From Candidatus Nomurabacteria bacterium (GTDB lineage Bacteria > Patescibacteriota > Minisyncoccia > Phycocordibacterales > UBA918), in assembly GCA_023898525.1 (NCBI GenBank), contig CP060227.1, positions 710,440 through 774,439 of the forward strand: a stretch of 64,000 nucleotides of DNA, read 5' to 3'. Both the position numbers and the translations under genes were made by a program. The notes below the pieces were generated by a model that was not told where the DNA came from, searched no databases, and worked only from the letters and a program-made list of their open reading frames with translations. Numbering within the stretch: the stretch's first letter is position 1; each line of letters starts with the position of its first letter. Below, in pieces: positions 36,863-45,862 of this stretch.

Positions 36863-37174
36863 ATGAAAATCAGAAAAGGAGATACAGTACAAATACTTGC
36901 CGGAAAAGATAAAGGTAAGACAGGAACAGTCCTAACCGCCTTACCTAGAACCGAACAGGTTATTATTGAAGGGGTAAATGTAGTCAAGAAACATCAGAAG
37001 AATCGTCGAACTCGTTCCCAAGGACAAATTATTGAGAAGAGCTTGCCGATACACGTATCAAATGTTGCCCTTATGGAGGGTGATAAGACTGTACGTGCCG
37101 GATATAGCTTTGAAGGTGAGGGTGAAAAGCGAAAGAAAATTCGCGTAGCTCGACCTAGCGGTAAGAAAATATAG
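36863..37174 (+). CDS. rplX: 50S ribosomal protein L24
   Basis: 'MKIRKGDTVQILAGKDKGKTGTV', KOW motif. Confidence 0.85.
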   Translation: MKIRKGDTVQILAGKDKGKTGTVLTALPRTEQVIIEGVNVVKKHQKNRRTRSQGQIIEKSLPIHVSNVALMEGDKTVRAGYSFEGEGEKRKKIRVARPSGKKI

Positions 37175-37175
37175 T

Positions 37176-37724
37176 ATGGAAACGATACAAACACGTATTA
37201 AAAATGCCTACGAGGCTATGAAAGGTGACTTTGGCTACAAAAATGTCATGCAGGCGCCGAAGATTGAAAAGATTGTGCTTTCAGTTGGTACTGGACGAGT
37301 ACAAGACAAAGCAAGAATTGCTTTAATCCAAGATCGTCTAGCTCGCATCACCGGACAAAAAGCGTCACCTAGGCCAGCTAAGAAATCAATTGCTTCATTT
37401 AAGCTTCGCGAAGGTGATGTGATCGGTTACCAAGTGACTTTGCGAGGAGCGCGCATGCGACATTTTCTTGATAAGCTGATCAATATCGCAATCCCTCAGA
37501 CTCGCGACTTTCACGGACTTAAGGTGACAGCGATAGACGATATGGGTAACTACACTATTGGAATCAAGGATCATACGATCTTTCCGGAGTGTAGTGATGA
37601 AGAGCTTAAAGATGTCTTCTCATTAGCTATCACTTTGGTGACTACCACCAAAGACAAGAAAGAAACTGAAGCCTTCTTGCGTCAGATTGGTTTGCCGCTT
37701 AAGAAGGAAGAAGAGGGTAAATAA
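37176..37724 (+). CDS. rplE: 50S ribosomal protein L5
   Basis: 'KNVMQAPKIEKIVLSVGTG', 'RDFHGL...GNYTIGIKDHTIFPE'. Confidence 0.9.
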   Translation: METIQTRIKNAYEAMKGDFGYKNVMQAPKIEKIVLSVGTGRVQDKARIALIQDRLARITGQKASPRPAKKSIASFKLREGDVIGYQVTLRGARMRHFLDKLINIAIPQTRDFHGLKVTAIDDMGNYTIGIKDHTIFPECSDEELKDVFSLAITLVTTTKDKKETEAFLRQIGLPLKKEEEGK

Positions 37725-37765
37725 TAATTTGGTTTTTTTAAACTTGATTTTAGTTACCAAGACAC

Positions 37766-37803
37766 GCAAAAACGCCGCCCATATATGGGCGGCGTTTTTG
37801 CGT
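37766..37803 (+). terminator. intrinsic terminator after rplE (left edge of island 2)
   Basis: Hairpin GCAAAAACGCCGCCC-atatat-GGGCGGCGTTTTTGC. Confidence 0.65.
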
Positions 37804-37876
37804 ACTTAAACCGATTATGAAAAAAGTAAAATACATGCTATATATAAATCAGATTAACTAGACATAAGGAGATGTT

Positions 37877-38398
37877 ATGAGTTCTGATTATTTTCAGGGA
37901 GTAGTTCTGCTACTGGTGTGTTTGCTACTATTGATACAGCCTATTATGAAATGGTATGCGTACTATACACCAAAGTACAGGCCGACTTTAGGCGGATTAA
38001 GAGAGCTTTGGAAAGAGTTAAAAAAGGATGTTTTTGGAGTTACTTTAGAATTAAATGGTGAGAAGGTGTCTGAAAATAGACTAAAAGAACTGATTGAGTC
38101 TCGTGGTTATATGAGTTCAGATTGGTCGGCCATTTTTACATATATACCTAGTCTAGAGCAAGGGATGCATGGTTCAATTGATTTCCGTGCTCTAGATACT
38201 GAACCCAGGAAGATTCATTTTCGTTCAAGCCAAAGCAATACTACGGTAACTTCAAACTGGGCTTTTGGTCTTAGGAAAGACGATATAGAAAAATTTAAAA
38301 CAATCGCTAAATATGGGATATCTTGTCCACCTCGGTGGCAGAAGGTTGTCTTCTATCTTGCACCGTCTTTTTATGTAAAAAAATATTTTCAAAGTTAA
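37877..38398 (+). CDS. hypothetical membrane-anchored protein
   Basis: RBS AGGAG before the ATG; N-terminal TM 'VVLLLVCLLLLIQPIMKWY'; no recognisable family. Confidence 0.45.
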   Translation: MSSDYFQGVVLLLVCLLLLIQPIMKWYAYYTPKYRPTLGGLRELWKELKKDVFGVTLELNGEKVSENRLKELIESRGYMSSDWSAIFTYIPSLEQGMHGSIDFRALDTEPRKIHFRSSQSNTTVTSNWAFGLRKDDIEKFKTIAKYGISCPPRWQKVVFYLAPSFYVKKYFQS

Positions 38399-38481
38399 GT
38401 ATAATATGTTCGTTTAAGCGCCGCGTTTACTGTGGCGCTTTTTCAAATCAGGGTTTAAAAAATGTTATTATATTATGCATT

Positions 38482-39327
38482 ATGTACATAATATTTGATA
38501 TCGGGGGGACAAAGACACGGGTGGCGGCAAGCGAGGATCTTAAGACTTATGGTACGCCACTAAAATTTGACACCCCACTAAATTATGGAGAAGCAATTGC
38601 GGTAATCAGTAAGGCAATAGAAGAAGTTAGTCAGGGTAAGGAAATTAAAGGAATGGCAGGCGGAATTCGTGGTCGACTAAGGCGCGACAAGAGTGGACTC
38701 ATGGGTGAGGTGGTTTTGACCGATTGGGTGGACAAGCCATTGGTTGATGATCTAAGTAAGAAGTTTGGTGCGCCGGTTTTCATAGAAAATGACACGGCTA
38801 TTGTGGGTCTTGGAGAGGCTGTTTTCGGTGCCGGGCACGGCTATGATATTGTAGCCTATCATACGGTCAGTACTGGAGTTGGAGGAGCTAGATTGGTTGG
38901 AGGGAAGGTTGATGTGGCTAGTATTGGCTTTGAACCTGGACACCAGATTCTAGATTTAGATCAGAGTATTTTTGGTAAAGAAACTTTGCATACACTAGAA
39001 AATCTGGTTTCCGGTACCGCTCTACAAGATCGTCGAGGAGTGAAGCCTTACGAAATAGACCAGTCTGATCCGGTTTGGGATGAGTTGGCTTATTATTTGG
39101 CGGTTGGTCTTCGCAACACCATTTTGTACTGGTCGCCGGACGCGATTGTGCTTGGTGGTTCAATGGTGGTGGGTGATCCGCGTATTTTTAGAGAGGATAT
39201 TATAAAACATACCGAAAAAGTGCTAGACGGCTTTGTACCGTGTCCACCTATTCTTGATGCGACTCTAAAAGATGAAGGAGGTTTATATGGAGCGATAGCA
39301 CTGTTGTCAGAGAAGCTTGGTAAGTAG
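38482..39327 (+). CDS. ROK/BadF-type sugar kinase family protein (glucokinase/N-acetylglucosamine kinase-like)
   Basis: Start trimmed to 'MYIIFDIGGTKTRVAA' (ATP-binding phosphate-1 motif); 'FIENDTAIVGLGEAVFGAGHG' and 'VSTGVGGARLVGGK'. Confidence 0.65.
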   Translation: MYIIFDIGGTKTRVAASEDLKTYGTPLKFDTPLNYGEAIAVISKAIEEVSQGKEIKGMAGGIRGRLRRDKSGLMGEVVLTDWVDKPLVDDLSKKFGAPVFIENDTAIVGLGEAVFGAGHGYDIVAYHTVSTGVGGARLVGGKVDVASIGFEPGHQILDLDQSIFGKETLHTLENLVSGTALQDRRGVKPYEIDQSDPVWDELAYYLAVGLRNTILYWSPDAIVLGGSMVVGDPRIFREDIIKHTEKVLDGFVPCPPILDATLKDEGGLYGAIALLSEKLGK

Positions 39328-39361
39328 GTTTGGTTTTAAAAGGTAAAAAAAGTAAGAGGGT

Positions 39362-39400
39362 AAAACAAGTAGGGTGGCCGAAGGCCGCCCTACTTGTTTT
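39362..39400 (+). terminator. intrinsic terminator hairpin (copy 1 of a repeated element)
   Basis: AAAACAAGTAGGGTGGCC-gaa-GGCCGCCCTACTTGTTTT; differs at 2 positions from the copy at 41569..41607. Confidence 0.6.
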
Positions 39401-39444
39401 ACATAGTAACAGCAATTAATACACGTAAGTATTGCTATAATTAT

Positions 39445-41551
39445 CTTATGTCAAATCCAGAAATAATAAAGTATGTAAAACAGCAGCTATCAGCTGGGTA
39501 CTCTAAAGAGAAAATAATCAAAGTTCTACTTTCAAGTGGTTGGAAAAAAGAAGATATTGACAATGCTTTTATAGAGGCTGAAGGAGGGGTTTATGAGTTA
39601 AATCAAACCGAAGGCATTACTGACTTACGGATAAATAACAGTTTGGAAGCTGCAGATAAAGAAGTTGTGGAGAAAGAAACTATTTCTGAGATAACTGAAC
39701 CAAAGGCTAACTTAACACCGGTTTTTAGTATTAGCGACAGTAATTGCCGGAGTTACTTTGTTTGGGGTTATTCAGATTAGCTACAATCAATCAATAATAT
39801 TTAATATTTTTAATCTCTTTGCCATACCAGCTTATGTGGTGGTCGGTATCTTGGTGTTTATATCACTGCGAATATTTAAACGTTTGTACAGAACTACAGG
39901 TAAATCCATCCGGTCTTTTTTGATGATTTTATCCACATACTTTTTAAGTATAATCGCTCTCATATATTTGTTTTATTTAGGAGTTGAACTCTATTCGGTT
40001 AACATACCCGGCACATCTATGTGGGGTTATTTCTTTGTAGCTGCGACTGCTGTACAGATATCTTATGCTGTATTTCATCTAGGTCTTGTCCTATTGATGG
40101 TTTTAATGATTAAGAACATTAAGAAAAAGCCAGTATCGGCATCGGCTGCTGAGTCGAGTCCAATGTTTGTGAAGATAAGTAATGTGACTATATCTATTGC
40201 TGTGTTGTTGCTTATTTATTTTCTGGGTTTGGTGTCTCCGCTTGCAAAAATGACGGGGTCGCAATCTTTATGTAGCCTCGTTTACCATACACATGTTAAG
40301 ACAGAGTGTTTAACGGAAAACTCTATAAATATTAAGGATTCGGTTTATAAAACTGAAGCGGGTAATTTTGGTGTCATTGTCGATGATGAAATGATAGGTG
40401 ATATTGAAGTGGTGGGCGATAAGATAGTTTATACTCTCGTGGAGCGTGAAATGGGCAATACTGTTGTATCTGTTGTTTATGATGGTAAGGTTTTGGGTGA
40501 ATATGAGGCTGTATACAGACTTACAGACCTAGATGGCAAATTAGCTTACTTGATTGAGAATAAAACAGGATCCAGAAGCCCGTATACTCTATTTTATGAT
40601 GGAGAAAAATATATGGATCTCAACAAAGATGTTTATGATTTAACAAATATAAATGGAAAGGTAGCCTTTAAGGTATATGATATGAATAACCCTTACGTAT
40701 ACTTTGATGGGAAGAATTATAACAATAATTATGTTTATGTAGATTTACTTATTGCTTATTCTGGTCAGCCAGCCTTTGTCGGCAAAAGAGATTCACAATA
40801 TTATATTGCAATAGGAGACCAGGAGTTTGGTCCTTATTCAGGTATGGGTACTTTGGATGAGAAAGACGGACACTTGTTTTCATTAATTATAAATAACGGA
40901 GACCTACAGGCTTTTGTGGACGGACAAGTTGGTTGGATAGGAAAAAAGTATAATGATGATAAGATCACATCCTTTGCTAATAATAGTAGCTTAGGAAAGG
41001 TGAGAAGGATAGTTGATCTAATTGACGGTCAGTTATCAACTGTTGTCAGCAAAAACGGTAAGGGCGTATTAGTTGTTGGAGATCAGGAAGTGACAGAAGT
41101 AGCCTCTTATGATTCCGGACCATATATTATTGACGGCAAGTTAGGTTACTTGGCTTTAAATAGCGACGGTTCATCACAATTTATGATTGATGATCAGATG
41201 GTGCCTAATAATATCTTTAATGAGCCTGTCTATGATGTGGCTGTATCAAAGTCAGGTAAAATTGCTGTCCAAACCAAAGATAAAAATGACGTTATCAGGG
41301 TCTATGTTGATGGACAGATTGTATATGAAGGAGGTGCTAGTATTAACAGTATACAAAAAGGTATAAATTTTGTAGGAGATAAGTTGCTTTTTAGTATCAC
41401 AGGAAGTGATGGGGTTTCGGATCTTTGGTATAACAACGCAATTATTAAAGGTAATTATCTAAATTTTAAACAAACTATTGCTTTGAATGATAAGTTATTG
41501 ATTTTTGCAGAGAAAAAAGATGGTAAGGGTATTATTTTGTTAGAACAGTGA
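39445..41551 (+). CDS. hypothetical multi-TM protein with a large beta-rich repeat ectodomain; apparent +1 frameshift at a T5 run (39722-39726)
   Basis: Frame-1 ORF (MSNPEIIKYVKQQLSAGYSKEKIIKV...) ends at 39780. Frame-2 upstream of the annotated 39758 start reads 'FLVLATVIAGVTLFGVIQ...' (TM helices) with no start codon. Deleting one T from the T5 run fuses the frames. The C-terminal domain has repeated 'YxDGK/VxDGQ' beta-strand modules. Confidence 0.45.
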
Positions 41552-41568
41552 TTTTAGTATGTGACTAT

Positions 41569-41607
41569 AAAACAAGTGGGGCGGCCGAAGGCCGCCCTAC
41601 TTGTTTT
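41569..41607 (+). terminator. intrinsic terminator hairpin (copy 2 of the repeated element)
   Basis: AAAACAAGTGGGGCGGCC-gaa-GGCCGCCCTACTTGTTTT. Confidence 0.6.
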
Positions 41608-41666
41608 CTCAAACCAAAAGTGTAACATTGCAAATCTGAATAACAACTGGTTCTTTGGAGGGTAAG

Positions 41667-41900
41667 ATGAAGATCAGAACCATGCTCCTACTGTTCTTGG
41701 TACTGCTATCACCAACCTGTGTTAAGGCAAAGATTGTTCACATAGAGCATTTTATATTAGTAGCCAATATAAATATTCACAGCCATCAGCTCCCTGGCTT
41801 AAGGTACTGTGTTCAAACTGTGAGCCGACCGGTTTATATAGATAACCTCGGTCACCCAGTCCTGGGTGTCAGAAAGGTAGAAATAAGGTGTCATAATTAA
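41667..41900 (+). CDS. small secreted hypothetical protein (signal peptide)
   Basis: RBS GGAGGG before ATG 41667; 'MKIRTMLLLFLVLLSPTCVKA' is signal-peptide-like. Confidence 0.4.
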   Translation: MKIRTMLLLFLVLLSPTCVKAKIVHIEHFILVANINIHSHQLPGLRYCVQTVSRPVYIDNLGHPVLGVRKVEIRCHN

Positions 41901-41928
41901 GTTAGTATATTAGGTGATAAGGTTAAGT

Positions 41929-41959
41929 AAAAATCCCCGACCGGTGCGGGGATTTTTTT
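41929..41959. terminator. bidirectional intrinsic terminator
   Basis: Hairpin AAAAATCCCCG-accggtg-CGGGGATTTTTTT between convergent genes. Confidence 0.65.
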
Positions 41960-41961
41960 AG

Positions 41962-42360
41962 TTATGAGCTGAGAGAAAGTATAGCTGCAACTCTTTCTTT
42001 CGTTTCGGTGTACGAATCATTTCCTGGATCTAACTCTATTGCCATTTCTATAAAATATAATGCCTCGTTGTTATTTTGTAATGACAGTATTGATCCCAAA
42101 ACATAAGCAGCTTTGGCCAAGTTAAGCTTATGTTTCTCTTGGCAATCACAATCCATCTCTTTTGAGGTGTTGTATTCTTCAGAAGCGTTTCTAAAAGTTT
42201 GGCGGGCAAAGGCCTCGGCCTCTGTCTGCTTCCCTATAGATACAAAAGCGTGGATCTTGTCATAATGTACAATTACCTCGGAACAACTTTCTTTATAAAT
42301 AAAAAACAACGAAATAATCAACGGCATTACAGCTACAAGAATCGTTATTATTTTCTTCAT
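41962..42360 (-). CDS. small membrane-anchored TPR-like protein
   Basis: N-terminal TM 'IITILVAVMPLIISLFFIY'; TPR-like 'AAYVLGSILSLQNNNEALYFIEMAIELDPGN'. Confidence 0.45.
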   Translation of the reverse strand: MKKIITILVAVMPLIISLFFIYKESCSEVIVHYDKIHAFVSIGKQTEAEAFARQTFRNASEEYNTSKEMDCDCQEKHKLNLAKAAYVLGSILSLQNNNEALYFIEMAIELDPGNDSYTETKERVAAILSLSS

Positions 42361-42420
42361 CAGCTTTTCCTTGTACTTAGTTGAACAGATTTACGGATAA
42401 CAATACAACATAAAAGATAA

Positions 42421-42456
42421 AAAACAACCCCGAAACGAGTTCGGGGATTTTGGGTT
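42421..42456. terminator. intrinsic terminator hairpin
   Basis: CCCCGAA-cgag-TTCGGGG flanked by A-run and T-run. Confidence 0.55.
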
Positions 42457-42462
42457 TATATC

Positions 42463-42957
42463 TTATAGCTCTTTTATCTTTCCAGAAGGATAAGCGATAA
42501 ATAAAGGTCTATGATCCTGGATTTTTATTGTATAAGGATCGACCTCTAATACTTTTATTGGTTTGTGAAGAATTTTCGATAATTCCAGAAAATTTTTATG
42601 GGAGCGAGGAAATGCGCCAAGATCCTCATAGTCTTTAATCTCTAGAGGTAGTTCAACTTCTGCATATTTAAGTGTATGTCTGTTCAATCCACCCCAACTA
42701 AAATTAAAAGGAAAGTTTCTAGGTACTGGCTCTGTTTGAGGGTTAAAAACCGGACGTAACATTTGTGGTGTTACTCCAATGGCTATTAGGAGATCTTCTA
42801 AATTAACGTCATAGTCTTCACCAATAAATATGTAGGTGTGCATGTCGATTCTATTGCAATGTGACTTTGCATCAAAAATAAGTATATCAGCCTCTACAAA
42901 TTTTTGCCTTATTTCTACATACAGTTCAGCAATTTCTTTTGTATATTCATATCCCAT
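42463..42957 (-). CDS. hypothetical protein
   Basis: Start trimmed to ATG (MGYEYTKE...), preceded by AAGGAG with a 5-nt spacer; no recognisable family. Confidence 0.45.
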   Translation of the reverse strand: MGYEYTKEIAELYVEIRQKFVEADILIFDAKSHCNRIDMHTYIFIGEDYDVNLEDLLIAIGVTPQMLRPVFNPQTEPVPRNFPFNFSWGGLNRHTLKYAEVELPLEIKDYEDLGAFPRSHKNFLELSKILHKPIKVLEVDPYTIKIQDHRPLFIAYPSGKIKEL

Positions 42958-43065
42958 TTCTTCTCCTTTCAATGAGTATTTGTAAAAAATTACATTTACG
43001 AATTTCCTTAAGTATTTAATAACGAATTAGTAGAAAAGTCAATGGTTTGTAATAGATTGAAACGA

Positions 43066-43093
43066 TTGACAATACCTATATTTCTGATATTCT
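43066..43093 (+). promoter_or_regulatory. sigma70-like promoter (TTGACA-16nt-TATTCT) restarting the spc segment upstream of rpsN
   Basis: -35 at 43066-43071 and -10 at 43088-43093; ~160-nt leader before the GTG start of S14. Confidence 0.35.
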
Positions 43094-43252
43094 TCTTGGC
43101 AAGGCGATGGGTGGGTAACTCGTAAGAAAACCTGGCCGGAGCTGCTTGATTTGCCCAAATTTGAATAAATTTATGAGCAAATTAAGCGATTATCAGGAAG
43201 TAAGTCACGACAAACTACGTGATACTACTTCATAGAAATAACTAAATAAAAA

Positions 43253-43438
43253 GTGGCGAAAATTTCAGTAAAGGTTCGCGCTACGCGCGAACCAAAATTC
43301 GCTTCCAGAGTCGTAAGACGCTGTAAGTTGTGTGGTCGCAAACACGGATACATGCGGGATTTTGATGCCTGCCGAATCTGTTTTCGCGAGTTAGCCCATG
43401 AGGGACATATACCAGGTATAAAGAAATCATCATGGTAG
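43253..43438 (+). CDS. rpsZ: 30S ribosomal protein S14 type Z (zinc-binding)
   Basis: 61 aa with '[23 protein letters not shown]' (CxxC...CxxC); GTG start. Confidence 0.85.
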   Translation: MAKISVKVRATREPKFASRVVRRCKLCGRKHGYMRDFDACRICFRELAHEGHIPGIKKSSW

Positions 43439-43830
43439 GAGATATTATTGGCGACATGATCATTCGTCTAAAGAATGCCGGAGTGGTAGGTAAGAAAGAG
43501 GTAGAAATGCCTTACTCTAAGCTTCGTCATGCGGTAGCGGATAAACTGGTCGCAGCCGGATATATAGAGAAGGCCGAGCAACAAGGAAAGAGGGATAAGG
43601 TTCAAAAAACCTTAGTGGTGACTTTGAAGTATGAGGACGGACGACATCGAATTGATGGTGTTAAACGTATCTCAAAACCAGGTCGTCGCCTATACACAAA
43701 GGTCGCAAATATTCACAAAGTTAAGTTTGGTAAAGGGCATATGATCCTATCTACACCAGCTGGTATTCTCACTAATGAGGAGGCTAAGGCTAAAAATGTA
43801 GGTGGTGAACAGCTTTTTATCATTTGGTAA
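43432..43830 (+). CDS. rpsH: 30S ribosomal protein S8
   Basis: '[28 protein letters not shown]', '[17 protein letters not shown]'. Confidence 0.85.
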   Translation: MVGDIIGDMIIRLKNAGVVGKKEVEMPYSKLRHAVADKLVAAGYIEKAEQQGKRDKVQKTLVVTLKYEDGRHRIDGVKRISKPGRRLYTKVANIHKVKFGKGHMILSTPAGILTNEEAKAKNVGGEQLFIIW

Positions 43831-43834
43831 ACGT

Positions 43835-44365
43835 ATGAGTCGATTAGGAAAACAACCAGTAACCATTCCAGCCGGTGTCACAGTTACTTGTGATGGTGGA
43901 TTACTAACGGTAACCGGACCAAAAGGTACTCTAAAAAGAGACGTTAAGTCAGATGTGGTATTTGCAATTGATGGTAATACTTTGACTCTAACACCAAAGG
44001 ACACTCCAGACGCACCTGCTTTGTGGGGTACTTATGCCGCTCATGTACGCAATATGATCAAGGGTGCAACCGAAGGTTTCACCAAAATTCTTGATATTGA
44101 GGGAGTTGGGTACAGGGCTGAAGTTAAGGGTAATACTTTGGTACTTAACATGGGCTTTTCACACCCCGTACCGCTAGAAGTGCCAGAAGGATTGTCGGCT
44201 GTTGTCGAAAAGAGTTCTATCACTCTAAGTGGAGCTGATAAGGACTTGCTCGGGCAATTTGCTGCCAATGTACGTAAAGTACGAAAACCAGAGCCATACA
44301 AAGGTAAAGGAATTCGATACCGAGGAGAGTATATTATTCGCAAACAAGGTAAAAAGGCTGCGTAA
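43835..44365 (+). CDS. rplF: 50S ribosomal protein L6
   Basis: Start trimmed to 'MSRLGKQPVTIPAGVTVT'; 'GYRAEVKGNTLVLNMGFSHPV'. Confidence 0.85.
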   Translation: MSRLGKQPVTIPAGVTVTCDGGLLTVTGPKGTLKRDVKSDVVFAIDGNTLTLTPKDTPDAPALWGTYAAHVRNMIKGATEGFTKILDIEGVGYRAEVKGNTLVLNMGFSHPVPLEVPEGLSAVVEKSSITLSGADKDLLGQFAANVRKVRKPEPYKGKGIRYRGEYIIRKQGKKAA

Positions 44366-44386
44366 GGCCGTAATTCAATTTGAGCT

Positions 44387-44737
44387 ATGGAAAAAACACA
44401 GTATAAAAATACAAAGCGCGCCTCTCGTCACAATCGAATTCGCGCCAAGGTAACTGGAACAGCTGAGCGTCCACGACTAGCTGTCTTTAGAAGCAATCGC
44501 TTCATCTATGCCCAGCTAATCAATGATGTAACAGGGAAAACTTTAGCAGCAGCCGATTCTCGGAAAGTTGAAGGAAAGACTTTGACTGAGCGAGCTAATG
44601 CTGTTGGTACAGTAATTGCTAAAAAAGCTAAAGAAGCCGGAGTAGAAAAGGTGGTCTTTGACCGCGGAGGATATCGTTACCAGGGGACAGTAGCGTCACT
44701 AGCTGATAGTGCACGAGCTGGAGGTTTGGTATTTTAA
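44387..44737 (+). CDS. rplR: 50S ribosomal protein L18
   Basis: '[27 protein letters not shown]', '[12 protein letters not shown]'. Confidence 0.85.
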   Translation: MEKTQYKNTKRASRHNRIRAKVTGTAERPRLAVFRSNRFIYAQLINDVTGKTLAAADSRKVEGKTLTERANAVGTVIAKKAKEAGVEKVVFDRGGYRYQGTVASLADSARAGGLVF

Positions 44738-44756
44738 AAAATTAAACTAAAAAATA

Positions 44757-45395
44757 ATGTCAGAAACAAAACAGCAGGAAGCTACAACTGACTCAGTGTC
44801 AGAAGCAGAAGTGGCAACAGTCGCTTCGACCGATGCACCAGCTGTGCCTGAATCAGGAGAAAAAGGAACTGAACGAAACGGGCGCGGGCGCAGAGGTCAA
44901 GGAGGAAACGAAAGACGAGGTCAGCGTCGTCCCAGGCGTGGTGGTCGCCCAGAGAGGGTTCGCCCAGAATTTGATCAAAAAATTATCAGTATCCGTCGAG
45001 TTACTCGTGTGATGGCCGGTGGTCGTCGCTTCAGTTTTTCAGTGTCGATGGTGATTGGTGATAAGAAAGGTAAGGTTGGTGTTGGTATCGGTAAGGCTGG
45101 TGATACACAGCTAGCTATTGAAAAGGCGGTACGCGACGCTAAGAAGAACATGATTGTGGTGACTATGAACAAAGATAGTCATATTCCCCACGATGTACAT
45201 ACTAAGTATGCATCTAGTGAGGTGATGATTATGCCGGCTCCCGGTCGTGGGTTGGTGGCTGGATCTTCAGTGCGTACCGTACTCGAACACGCTGGAGTGA
45301 AGGATGTTACTGCAAAAATCTTTTCACGCAGTAAGAACAAACTTAACAACGCTCGTGCTGCAATCGAAGCACTTAAACTTCTAAGAAAAAACTAG
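44757..45395 (+). CDS. rpsE: 30S ribosomal protein S5 (with Arg/Gly-rich N-terminal extension)
   Basis: 'IISIRRVTRVMAGGRRFSFSVSMVIGDKKGKVGVGIGKAGDTQLAIEKA'. Confidence 0.9.
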   Translation: MSETKQQEATTDSVSEAEVATVASTDAPAVPESGEKGTERNGRGRRGQGGNERRGQRRPRRGGRPERVRPEFDQKIISIRRVTRVMAGGRRFSFSVSMVIGDKKGKVGVGIGKAGDTQLAIEKAVRDAKKNMIVVTMNKDSHIPHDVHTKYASSEVMIMPAPGRGLVAGSSVRTVLEHAGVKDVTAKIFSRSKNKLNNARAAIEALKLLRKN

Positions 45396-45396
45396 T

Positions 45397-45849
45397 ATGC
45401 AGTTACATGAACTAAAACCTACTTCCGTCAAAAAGACCGCCAAGCGTATTGGTCGGGGCGGAAAGCGAGGTAAGACTTCAGGTCGTGGTATGAAAGGGCA
45501 GACCGCCCGTGCTGGAAACAGTACTCGTCCAGAAATCCGCGAGCAGATCAAGAAGCTACCAAAGCTTCGAGGGCACGGTGTAAACCGCGCTCGCACTGTA
45601 AACAGCGGTAAGGAGGCAGTGGTGGTGGTGAACTTAGCTCGCTTAGAAGCAGTGTTTGCTTCAGGTGATACTGTTTCACCTAAGACACTGGTAGCCAACA
45701 AGGTGGTATCAGCAACTTCTAAGAAAGCTCCTCTGGTAAAGATTCTTGGGACTGGTGAAATCACTAAGAAATTAACGATTGAAAATTGTCAGATATCAAA
45801 ATCAGCCGAGGAAAAGATCGAAAAAGCTGGTGGAAAGATTATAAAATAG
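45397..45849 (+). CDS. rplO: 50S ribosomal protein L15
   Basis: 'MQLHELKPTSVKKTAKRIGRGGKRGKTSGRGMKGQ'; follows rpsE directly (no L30 gene). Confidence 0.85.
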   Translation: MQLHELKPTSVKKTAKRIGRGGKRGKTSGRGMKGQTARAGNSTRPEIREQIKKLPKLRGHGVNRARTVNSGKEAVVVVNLARLEAVFASGDTVSPKTLVANKVVSATSKKAPLVKILGTGEITKKLTIENCQISKSAEEKIEKAGGKIIK

Positions 45850-45862
45850 GTAATATAAGGGT

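Noticed and set aside
38323-38481. N-terminal 53 codons of ORF 38323..39327 overlapping the upstream gene
   Set aside because: The conserved ROK/BadF phosphate-1 motif begins at the internal Met (38482). The upstream extension overlaps 37877..38398 and is Cys-rich with no conserved motif.
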